Of a DNA stretch of 64,000 nucleotides, positions 10,099 to 18,077 are shown piece after piece. Position 1 is the stretch's first letter, and each line of letters opens with the position of its first letter. This DNA comes from an uncultured Chloroflexia bacterium (GTDB taxonomy: Bacteria > Chloroflexota > Limnocylindria > Limnocylindrales > CSP1-4). Under the pieces are notes generated by a model. The model saw nothing but the letters and a program-made list of their open reading frames with translations. It was not told the origin of the DNA and did no database searches. Location of the stretch: assembly GCA_963697135.1 (NCBI GenBank), contig CAVOMZ010000013.1:180859-244858 (forward strand), given 5' to 3'. The translations under genes were made by a program, and so were the position numbers.

Positions 10099-10701
10099 AT
10101 GCGTACCTTCGTCAACCACCAGCTTCGCCCCGCGGTCTTCATCCTGGTCCTGCTGACCCTGATCACCGGGGTCGCCTATCCCGGGATCGTGACCGCCATC
10201 GGCCAGGTTGCCTTTCCCTCGCAGGCCAACGGGTCGTTCATCACGGTCAACGGCAGCGTGGTCGGCTCCAGCCTGATCGGCCAGGCCTTCGACCAGCCGA
10301 AGTACTTCTCGGGGCGGCCGTCCGCAGCCGGCGTGACGCCGAGCAATCCGGCGGGCTATGACGGGACCGCCAGCGGTGGGTCCAACCTCGGCCCGACCAG
10401 CAAGACCCTGATCGACCGGATGACGGCAGCCGTCGACGCCCTGCGCCAGGCGAATGGCAACGCGCCAATCCCGGTCGACCTGGTCACGACCTCGGCCTCG
10501 GGCCTCGATCCCGACATCAGCCCAGCCGCGGCCGAATACCAGGTCGCTCGGGTGGCGGCCGCCCGAGGCATGACGGCGGATGCCGTCCGGGCGATCGTGG
10601 CCCGGCACACGACCCAGCCGCTGCTCGGGTTCCTGGGCGAGCCGGTCGTCAACGTCCTCGAGCTCAATCTCGACCTCGACGGGCTGCTGACGACGAGATG
10701 A
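10099..10701 (+). CDS. kdpC: K+-transporting ATPase subunit C
   Basis: ORF 10096-10701. ATG 10099 lies 8 nt after AGGAAG. N-terminal TM helix and KdpC blocks [27 protein letters not shown]. Confidence 0.93.
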   Translation: MRTFVNHQLRPAVFILVLLTLITGVAYPGIVTAIGQVAFPSQANGSFITVNGSVVGSSLIGQAFDQPKYFSGRPSAAGVTPSNPAGYDGTASGGSNLGPTSKTLIDRMTAAVDALRQANGNAPIPVDLVTTSASGLDPDISPAAAEYQVARVAAARGMTADAVRAIVARHTTQPLLGFLGEPVVNVLELNLDLDGLLTTR

Positions 10702-10717
10702 TGAAGGCAGGCGTCCG

Positions 10718-11881
10718 ATGATCGACAGCCGCGACGATCGACCGACCGGCGAGGAGATGCTCGCCCGGGTGTCGGCCGAGGGTGAGTCCGGGCGCGGCCG
10801 CCTCCGCCTGTACCTGGGCATGGCCCCGGGCGTCGGCAAGACCTACCGGATGCTCGAAGAGGCGCATCGGCGCCTGGAGCGCGGAACCGACATCGTGGTC
10901 GGCTACGTCGAGGTCCATAACAGGCCCCGGACGGCGGCCCTGCTCGAGGGCCTGGAGATCCTGCCCCGGGTCCAGATCAGCTACCAGGGCGTGCTGGTCG
11001 AGGAGATGGACACGGCCGCGATCATCGAGCGCCACCCGGAGGTCGTCCTGGTCGACGAGCTCGCTCACACGAACGTGTCCGGCTCCGCCCGGGAGAAGCG
11101 TTGGCAGGATGTCGAGCTGATTCGCGACGCCGGGATCGACGTGATCAGCACCTGCAACGTCCAGCACCTCGAGTCCGTCGCCGACGCCGTGGCCACGATC
11201 GTCGGTGCGCCGGTCAACGAGCGGCTGCCGGACGCGATCGTGGCCAGCGCCGACGAGGTCGAGCTCGTCGACATGAGTCCGCACGCGCTGCGCCAGAGGA
11301 TCCGCCACGGCAACGTCTATCCACCGGACCGGGCCCGCCTGGCGCTCGACCGGTTCTTCACCGAGGCCAACCTGACCGCCCTGCGCGAGCTGTCGCTCCG
11401 GTTCGTGACCCGGGCGGTCGACGAGCAGCTCGAGGAGATCGTCGGCGAGCAGGGCATCAGCGGGCTCCGTCCGGTCAGCGAGCGGGTCCTCGTCCTGGTC
11501 GACGACCGGCTGATCAGCCGGCGCGCCCTGCGCCGCGGGGCGATGCTCGCCTCGGCCCTCGGGGCCGGCCTGACCGCGGCGGTCATCATCACCCCGGGCA
11601 CCGAACGGCTCTCATTCGACCGAACGCGCGACCTCCAGGAGCAGCTCGACTACGCCGTCGACCTGGGCGCAGACGTCGTCCAGCACCCGGCAGCTGACCT
11701 CCTGGCAGGACTCTCCGAGCTGACTCGGAGCCTGCGAATCACGCATCTCGTCCTGGGCCGACAGCCGCGACGCGGGCTCGCCCCGCGGCTGAGCCCGGAT
11801 GTCGTCGATCGCCTCCTCCTGGTCGCGCCGGACCTGGACATCCACCTCGTCGGAACCGGGCCGGGAGCCGCCCCCGACTGA
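10718..11881 (+). CDS. stand-alone KdpD N-terminal sensor domain plus USP-like domain (no membrane or kinase part)
   Basis: 387-aa ORF. Walker-A-like GMAPGVGKTYRML, VDELAHTN, STCNVQHLES and TALRELSLR are the KdpD N-terminal family pattern, followed by a USP-like half. The protein ends before any TM segment. Confidence 0.85.
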   Translation: MIDSRDDRPTGEEMLARVSAEGESGRGRLRLYLGMAPGVGKTYRMLEEAHRRLERGTDIVVGYVEVHNRPRTAALLEGLEILPRVQISYQGVLVEEMDTAAIIERHPEVVLVDELAHTNVSGSAREKRWQDVELIRDAGIDVISTCNVQHLESVADAVATIVGAPVNERLPDAIVASADEVELVDMSPHALRQRIRHGNVYPPDRARLALDRFFTEANLTALRELSLRFVTRAVDEQLEEIVGEQGISGLRPVSERVLVLVDDRLISRRALRRGAMLASALGAGLTAAVIITPGTERLSFDRTRDLQEQLDYAVDLGADVVQHPAADLLAGLSELTRSLRITHLVLGRQPRRGLAPRLSPDVVDRLLLVAPDLDIHLVGTGPGAAPD

Positions 11882-12025
11882 ACCCGTGGGCCACGGACCG
11901 GCCCCGGACAAACGAAGGTTTGGCCCGAATTAGGTCGGATGACCGATGGACAGGCGAAGCGCGCCAGCCAATGATCTCGGACGGGGAGACCGAGCGGCCG
12001 GGAACCGCTACCGAGGAGTCGATAC

Positions 12026-12268
12026 TTGGCTGACGCGCGCCGCCGAGTCAATGCCCATTGCCCAGCCTGTGGCTCGGTCGAGTGGTTCGGCCAGAGCCGG
12101 GCGATCATCTCCGGAGCCCGTGGGAGCCTGACCTGCGTGGAGATGCGCGGGGTGGACGAGGACGAGTGGTTGTGCAACCGCTGTGGCCGGTCCGCGCCGT
12201 TGAACACACCCCTCCGGGCGCTCCTCGACAGCGTCGCATCGCGCACCGACTCGCTGATCGCCAGCTGA
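12026..12268 (+). CDS. hypothetical small zinc-ribbon protein (CPAC...CNRC)
   Basis: 80-aa ORF with a TTG start 8 nt after GAGGAG. Contains two CxxC pairs. No family recognised. Confidence 0.4.
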   Translation: MADARRRVNAHCPACGSVEWFGQSRAIISGARGSLTCVEMRGVDEDEWLCNRCGRSAPLNTPLRALLDSVASRTDSLIAS

Positions 12269-12337
12269 TTCGGCGCCCTGGTTCGCCAACGCGAATCGCT
12301 CGGCCGTTGCGCTCCGGCCGGATCGCCCGACGAGCGG

Positions 12338-12367
12338 TTGACCCAGCCGGAAACGGACGGCTACACT
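12338..12367 (+). promoter_or_regulatory. candidate sigma70-type promoter (TTGACC, 18 nt spacer, TACACT) for the MgtE-N/Nramp pair, implying a leader of roughly 240 nt
   Basis: Hexamers read directly from the sequence. The same TACACT box occurs 7 nt before the trpS ATG. Confidence 0.35.
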
Positions 12368-12612
12368 CGGCCTGTCCAGGACGTCGCCCGTCTGTTCGAA
12401 TTTGTGCGCCCTGGGGACCCAATCAGCACCGGAGGACCCCTCCTCTCGTGGAGTCAGGACCCAGACGAGGGACGCCGGCCAGCCCCGTGAACAGCGCGGA
12501 GCCGGGTCGACGAGCCCGCCAGCACCAGGTCCGCCTCGCCCGCTGACGGCGGCACTCCCCATCGCGGAGTGCGCCACCGACGCGCGGGATCGGACCCGCC
12601 GCGAGGTGGCAG

Positions 12613-13872
12613 ATGCTCTACCTGAGCCAGGTGATCGGCCGGCCGGTCCGTGACCGGAACGACGAGCCGATCGGAAAGGTTGCCGACCTGATCGTCGCCG
12701 TCGGCGATCGGTATCCGCCTGTGACCGGACTCGTGATCGAGACCGACCGGCGCCGGATCTTCCTGCCCTGGACCTCGGTCGACCGGCTGGATGACTCGGG
12801 GGCCAAGCTGAGCACCCTGACAATGGACCTCGAGAAGTTCAGCCAGCGGCCGAACGAGATCCTGCTCCGCTCGGACCTGATGGACAAGCAAATCGTGGAC
12901 ATCGACGGGCGGAAGGTCGTCCGGGTCAACGACCTCCGCCTGGACGAGGTCGAGGGCGCCCTCCACCTGGTCGCGGTCGACGTCGGGGCGGCCGGCCTCC
13001 TGCGCCGGCTGGGGGTCGAAGGCGGCCTGCGCACGGTCGCCCGGAACCTCCACGTCCACGTTCCCGAGAAGTACATCGACTGGGAGGACGTCGACCCGGT
13101 CGAGACCTCGATCGCCTCGATCAAGCTGCGCGTCCCCCACGCCGGCCTGGCCGAGCTCCATCCGGCCGACCTGGCCACGATCATCGACCAGCTCGCGCCG
13201 CGCGACCGGGCCGGTGTCCTGGCCTCCCTCGGCGATGACGCAATCGCCGATGCGATCGAGGAGATGGAGCCCGAAACCCAGGTCGAGGTCCTCGAAGACC
13301 TCGAGCCGGGCCGGGCGGCCGACATCCTCGAGGAGATGTCGCCGGACGACGCGGCCGACCTCGTGGCCGACCTGTCCGAGACGACCCGCGACGAGATCCT
13401 GGCCCTGATGGAGACCGACGAGGCGGCCGAGGTCCAGGAGCTCCTCGGCTATCCCGAAGAATCGGCCGGCGGGATCATGACGACCGAGTTCGTGGCCGTC
13501 CCGGCTCACCTGAGCGCGGCCGAGACGATCGACATGCTCCGCCAGCTCGAGCCGAACGCCGAGACGATCTACTACGTCTACGTGACCGACGACGACGGCC
13601 GGCTGGTCGGCGTCCTGTCCCTGCGCGACCTGATCGTGGCCGGTCCGGACACCCAGATCGGCGAGGTGATGATCAAGGAGCCGGTCGCCGTCGGCGTGCT
13701 GGCCGACCAGGAGGAGGTCGCCGAGGTCGTGGCCCACTACAACCTGCTGGCCGTCCCGGTGATCGATCAGGACGGCCGGCTGGCCGGGATCGTGACCGTC
13801 GACGACGCGCTCGATACGGTCCTGCCCACCGCCTGGAAGCGGCGCCTGCCGCGCCTCTTCGCGCGCGGCTAG
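12613..13872 (+). CDS. soluble PRC-barrel / MgtE N-terminal domain / tandem CBS protein (MgtE cytoplasmic sensor module without the MgtE membrane domain)
   Basis: 419-aa ORF; SD GAGGTGG precedes the ATG. The N-terminal part is PRC-barrel-like. The acidic helical region LHPADLATIIDQL...DDAIADAIEEM...AADILEEMSPDDAADLVADL matches MgtE_N. Two CBS repeats follow (GGIMTTEF...VTDDDGRLVGVLSLRDL; ...VPVIDQDGRLAGIVTVDD). The protein ends with no TM helices. Confidence 0.85.
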   Translation: MLYLSQVIGRPVRDRNDEPIGKVADLIVAVGDRYPPVTGLVIETDRRRIFLPWTSVDRLDDSGAKLSTLTMDLEKFSQRPNEILLRSDLMDKQIVDIDGRKVVRVNDLRLDEVEGALHLVAVDVGAAGLLRRLGVEGGLRTVARNLHVHVPEKYIDWEDVDPVETSIASIKLRVPHAGLAELHPADLATIIDQLAPRDRAGVLASLGDDAIADAIEEMEPETQVEVLEDLEPGRAADILEEMSPDDAADLVADLSETTRDEILALMETDEAAEVQELLGYPEESAGGIMTTEFVAVPAHLSAAETIDMLRQLEPNAETIYYVYVTDDDGRLVGVLSLRDLIVAGPDTQIGEVMIKEPVAVGVLADQEEVAEVVAHYNLLAVPVIDQDGRLAGIVTVDDALDTVLPTAWKRRLPRLFARG

Positions 13873-13902
13873 GCTCGGCGGCGCGGAAGGACAGCCGAAG
13901 CG

Positions 13903-15339
13903 ATGCCCCAGCTGCCGACCGTCCGGGGCGTCGCCCGCCAGGCCGAAACCGGTGCCCGCCGGGCGGTGGAGACCTGGCGCCATCCGAGCGAGCGACGGGG
14001 GCGGCCGGTCCGACCGCCCAAGCTCGGATTCATCGATCGGCTCCGCGAGCGGATCGCCAACCGCGAGTTCCTGCGCCTGCGCGGGCGGTTCCGGGGCCGG
14101 CATGGCCTGATCGCGTTCCTGGCCGTGATGGGCCCGGGCCTGATCGCCGGGATCGCCGGCAACGACGCCGGCGGGATCACCACCTACAGCGTGATGGGTG
14201 CGACGACCGGGCTGACCCTGCTCTGGATCTTCCCGATCACGATCCTGATCCTGGCCGTGGTCCAGGAGATCGCGGCCCGCCTCGGGGTTGTGACCGGCCA
14301 GGGCTTGTCGGACCTGATCCGCGACCGGTTCGGCGTCCGCTGGACCGCATTCGCGATGGTCGTCCTGCTCGTGGCCAACCTGGCCAACACGGTCGCCGAG
14401 TTCTCGGGCGCGGCGGCCGCCCTCGACATCTTCGGGGTCTCGCGGTACGTCACGGTCCCGGTCGTGGCGGTTGCGATCTGGGCCCTCGTCCTGTTCTCGA
14501 GCTACCGCACGGTCGAGCGAGTCTTCCTGGCCGTGTCCCTCGTCTTCGTGACCTACATCTTCTCGGCGATCCTGGCCCATCCCGACTGGAGCCAGGTCGG
14601 CCACGCCCTGATCACGCCCAACCTGTCGGGCCTCTCGCCCAGCGTCCTGCTCCTGATCGTGGGGGTCGTGGGCACGACGATCACCCCGTACATGCAGTTC
14701 TACCTTCAATCGGCGGTCGCCGAGAAAGGTATCGGGGAGGAGGAGCTCGTCCTGGAACAGGCCGACGCGGTCGGGGGTGCCGTGTGGACGAACGTGATCG
14801 CGGTGTTCATCGTGATCGCGACGGCCCTGACGATCTATGCCGTCGGGGGCACGATCACCTCGGCCAGCGATGCGGCCAAGGCCCTCGAGCCGGTGGCCGG
14901 CAACCTGGCCGAAGTCCTCTTCGCGATCGGCCTGTTCGGGGCCAGCGTCCTGGCCGCGACGATCATGCCGATCTCGACCTCGTTCGTGATCTGCGAGGCG
15001 TTCGGCTGGGAGTCGGGGGTCGGCAACCGGTTCAGCGACGCCCGGGCGTTCTTCGGGATCTACACCTTCGTCCTGGCGGTCGGTGCGCTCGTCGTGCTGA
15101 TTCCCGGGATCGACCTGCTGCCGGTCATCCTGGCTTCGCAGTACCTCCAGGGCCTGCTCCTGCCGATCGTCCTCGTGTTCATGGTCCTGCTCGTCAACGA
15201 CAAGGTCCTGATGGGCCGCCATGCCAACGGTCGGATCGCGAACGTACTGGCCTGGCTGTCGGTCGGGCTGGTGATCGTGCTGGACATCGTCCTGTTGCTC
15301 GTGGCCGCCCTGCAGGTCTTCGGAGTCAAGGTTGGCTGA
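13903..15339 (+). CDS. Nramp-related transporter with non-canonical metal-site motifs (NRMT-like, possible Mg2+ transporter)
   Basis: 478-aa polytopic ORF. TM1 reads MGPGLIAGIAGNDAGGITT where canonical Nramp has DPGN. TM6 reads VGTTITPYMQFYLQS where canonical Nramp has MPHNLYLHS. Confidence 0.85.
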   Translation: MPQLPTVRGVARQAETGARRAVETWRHPSERRGRPVRPPKLGFIDRLRERIANREFLRLRGRFRGRHGLIAFLAVMGPGLIAGIAGNDAGGITTYSVMGATTGLTLLWIFPITILILAVVQEIAARLGVVTGQGLSDLIRDRFGVRWTAFAMVVLLVANLANTVAEFSGAAAALDIFGVSRYVTVPVVAVAIWALVLFSSYRTVERVFLAVSLVFVTYIFSAILAHPDWSQVGHALITPNLSGLSPSVLLLIVGVVGTTITPYMQFYLQSAVAEKGIGEEELVLEQADAVGGAVWTNVIAVFIVIATALTIYAVGGTITSASDAAKALEPVAGNLAEVLFAIGLFGASVLAATIMPISTSFVICEAFGWESGVGNRFSDARAFFGIYTFVLAVGALVVLIPGIDLLPVILASQYLQGLLLPIVLVFMVLLVNDKVLMGRHANGRIANVLAWLSVGLVIVLDIVLLLVAALQVFGVKVG

Positions 15340-16138
15340 CGAGGCCCGGGTCGCCTGGCTGGCGAGTGCGCCGGTCAAGTCGATGGCCCTGGCGATCCGC
15401 TCCGAGGTCGAGGTCGGGCCGGCCGGGATCGCCGGCGACCGGCACTTCGCGGTCATCGACCCGAACGACCGGCTGGTCAACGGCAAGCGGATCGGCCCGC
15501 TGGCCACGATCGTGCCGGGGGTGCTCCAGGACCCGGAGCGGCTCAAGCTCGTCTTTCCGGATGGCCTGCTGGTCCACGGCGACATCGAGCTGGGCCCGGC
15601 CGTCGAGGCGATCTTCCACGGCACGCAGCGGCCGGTCCACGAGGTGGTCGGGCCGTTCTCGGCGGCGCTCACCCGCTGGGCCGGCCATCCGCTGCGGCTG
15701 GTCCGGCTGGATGACGAAGGCGGCGGGATCGACCGGGCTCCCGAGGGGGGCGGCTTCTCGATCATCTCCCGCGGATCGCTCCGGGCCCTGGCCGAGGCGG
15801 CCGGCCTCGATCAGCCGCTCGACCCGCGCCGGTTCCGGATGTCGGTCGTGGTCGAAGGGGTGGAGCCATACGCCGAGGACGGCTGGCTCGGCCGGCGGGT
15901 CCGCCTCGGCGAGGTCGTGGTCGCACCGATCGGCAACGTCGGTCGCTGCGCGATCACGACCCAGGATCCTGATACCGGCCGGCGCAGCCTGGATACGCTC
16001 GAGCTGATCGCCACGACCCGGGGCCGCCTGCCCACGACGGAAGCCCTGCCGTTCGGGATCTTCGGCTCGGTCGTGACCCCCGGGCGAATCCGCCTCGGCG
16101 ACGAGGTCAGCGTCCTGGACGACGAGCCCGGCACCTGA
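15332..16138 (+). CDS. MOSC domain-containing protein
   Basis: 268-aa ORF; the TTG start overlaps the transporter stop. Contains N-terminal beta-barrel-like and MOSC parts with conserved GRCAITTQDPDTG. Confidence 0.8.
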   Translation: MADEARVAWLASAPVKSMALAIRSEVEVGPAGIAGDRHFAVIDPNDRLVNGKRIGPLATIVPGVLQDPERLKLVFPDGLLVHGDIELGPAVEAIFHGTQRPVHEVVGPFSAALTRWAGHPLRLVRLDDEGGGIDRAPEGGGFSIISRGSLRALAEAAGLDQPLDPRRFRMSVVVEGVEPYAEDGWLGRRVRLGEVVVAPIGNVGRCAITTQDPDTGRRSLDTLELIATTRGRLPTTEALPFGIFGSVVTPGRIRLGDEVSVLDDEPGT

Positions 16139-16165
16139 TCCGGGCTGCTAACCCTGGTCCGGCGC

Positions 16166-16344
16166 CTGCATCCAGTGAATGTTCGCGACCGGCCGCCACG
16201 ATCCGACGTCGATTTCCTGCACGGGGTGACCGAATTCGACGTCGGCCGCCCAAAGTCGGTCGGCTCTCCTCAGCAGATGCAGGATCGCGACGGTAGCCAG
16301 CGATTTGGACCAATCGGATCGTCGCGAACATTCATTTGATGCAG
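16166..16344. repeat. long imperfect inverted repeat (extended hairpin) between convergent genes
   Basis: The 24-nt arms CTGCATCCAGTGAATGTTCGCGAC (16166-16189) and GTCGCGAACATTCATTTGATGCAG (16321-16344) are complementary at 22/24. A nested IR pairs CCGACGTCGATTTC (16203-16216) with GAATTCGACGTCGG (16232-16245). The stretch is locally lower in GC. Confidence 0.6.
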
Positions 16345-16394
16345 GTCGCATCTGATGCAGGATGGGCCGAACGCGCTGGGCAGCTTCGAGAGGA

Positions 16395-17906
16395 TCAGGA
16401 ACCCGAGCGCATGCGCTCGTGGGAGTGGCCATGCCCTCCGGACGCGACGGCCGCTTCCACGGCCCCGCTCGACGGCCCGGAACCACGCTCGACCGGCAGC
16501 CCGTCGGCGGTCCAGCGGTCCATCCCCCCGGCGACCCAGCTGACGTTCGTGAAGCCGGCGGCGTCGAGCAGCGAGGCGGCGACGCTCGCCCGGTAGCCGC
16601 CGGCGCAGACGGTCGCGATCGGCCGGTCGCGGGGCAGCTCGGCCAGCCGATTGGGCAGGTCGCCCGCGCCGATGTGCCAGGCCCCGCCAACGTGGCCGTC
16701 ATCGAACTCGCTGGCCTGGCGGACATCGATCACGAGCGGGGCGTCGGGACCGCCATCGGCCACGGCGGTCGCCAGCTCGGCCACGTTCAACCGGCCGTTC
16801 GACTCGACCGGCAGGCCGGCCTCGGTCCAGGCCCCGAAGCCGCCCTCGAGGTAGCCCGCGATCGACTCGTGGCCGATCCGGAGCGCCTGGCGAATGGCAT
16901 CGTCCCAGGCTTGATCGACGGTGCCGTCGATGTCCGCCGGCAGGATCAGGACGGCCGCACGGTCGTGGTCGACGACCCAGCCGAGCCACGTGCCGAACGA
17001 CGAGCCGAGCGGGATCGAGAGCGAGCCCGGGGCGTGGCTGGCGGCGAACATCCGGGGTGATCGCAGGTCGATCAGGACGCCGCCGCTCCCGACGATCCGA
17101 CGGAGCTCATCGAGCGTCAGCGGAGCCGGCGCCGGGATGCCCCCGAGGACCCGTGGGCCGGCCTGGTTCATCGGGCGCATCCGGGCGAAGTAGCGCGGCA
17201 CGGCCGGCTGGCCCGCGAGCAGGGCCCGGGCAAACGACTCGACGTCGGCCGGCTGGAGGAGCGGGTTGTAGCGGCGCTCGTAGCCGATCGTCGAAGTCAG
17301 GGTCGAGCCGATCCCGGTCGAGCACAACGAGCCAGCCCCGTGGGTCGGCAGGACGCCGACAAAATCCTCGTGGCCCAGGATCCGGTCGTGGAGCGAGTGG
17401 AACATCAGCTCGGCGTACGGCCGGGCGTGCTCGGCGCCGAGCAGGTCCGTCCGGCCGACGGCCCCGACGAGGAGCGATCCGCCGGTGAAGAGCAGGAGAG
17501 GCTCGGCGGCCCGGCTGGTGTCGGCGACCGCGTAGGCGACGTGCTCGGGCGTGTGGCCGGGCGTGTCGACAGCCTGGAACTGGAGAACCCCGACCGAGAC
17601 GACGTTGCCGTCGGCCATCGGCCGATGCTCGTAGCCCAGACCGGCCCCCGAACCGATCACCACCTCGGCCCCGGCGGCCTGCCCTGTGCCGGTCGCCGCG
17701 GCCAGCTCCCGGGCGCCCGAGACATAGTCGTTGTGGAGATGAGTCTCGATCGCGAAGGCGATCCGGAGGTTGCGCTCGCGGGCCGCCTCGACATACACGT
17801 CGACGTCCCGCCGCGGATCGACCACCGCGGCGAGGCCGCTCTCTTCGTCCCCGATCAGGGTCGACAGGTGGCCCAGGCCCTCGACCTGGAACTGGCGGAT
17901 GAACAT
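16395..17906 (-). CDS. MBL-fold persulfide-dioxygenase-like domain fused to two rhodanese domains
   Basis: ORF 16395-17915, with ATG 17906 preceded by TACCTT. Metal motif THLHNDYVSG and DTPGHTPEH. C-terminal rhodanese with active-site loop VCAGGYRAS. Confidence 0.85.
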   Translation of the reverse strand: MFIRQFQVEGLGHLSTLIGDEESGLAAVVDPRRDVDVYVEAARERNLRIAFAIETHLHNDYVSGARELAAATGTGQAAGAEVVIGSGAGLGYEHRPMADGNVVSVGVLQFQAVDTPGHTPEHVAYAVADTSRAAEPLLLFTGGSLLVGAVGRTDLLGAEHARPYAELMFHSLHDRILGHEDFVGVLPTHGAGSLCSTGIGSTLTSTIGYERRYNPLLQPADVESFARALLAGQPAVPRYFARMRPMNQAGPRVLGGIPAPAPLTLDELRRIVGSGGVLIDLRSPRMFAASHAPGSLSIPLGSSFGTWLGWVVDHDRAAVLILPADIDGTVDQAWDDAIRQALRIGHESIAGYLEGGFGAWTEAGLPVESNGRLNVAELATAVADGGPDAPLVIDVRQASEFDDGHVGGAWHIGAGDLPNRLAELPRDRPIATVCAGGYRASVAASLLDAAGFTNVSWVAGGMDRWTADGLPVERGSGPSSGAVEAAVASGGHGHSHERMRSGS

Positions 17907-18077
17907 GGGCGCCAAGGTAGCACGCCGATCGCCCGGTCCAGGCTCCGAGCGTGGCCTGCCCGCACCGCCGGGATCCGGCGCGGCCCCCTGGCCCGTCCTC
18001 AGGACCGCCCGGGCCGGGGCCGGCCAAATCGGCGAGCCGGCTCGTCAGCCGTCATACTGGCCGCGGATGAGACCCTG

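Noticed and set aside
12368-12612. M-box (ykoK) Mg2+ riboswitch upstream of the MgtE-N/Nramp pair
   Set aside because: The conserved M-box core segments (for example the TTAGGTGAGGC-type 5' element and the GCTAAA..CTC.AC 3' element) are not present. It is kept only as an unclassified structured leader.
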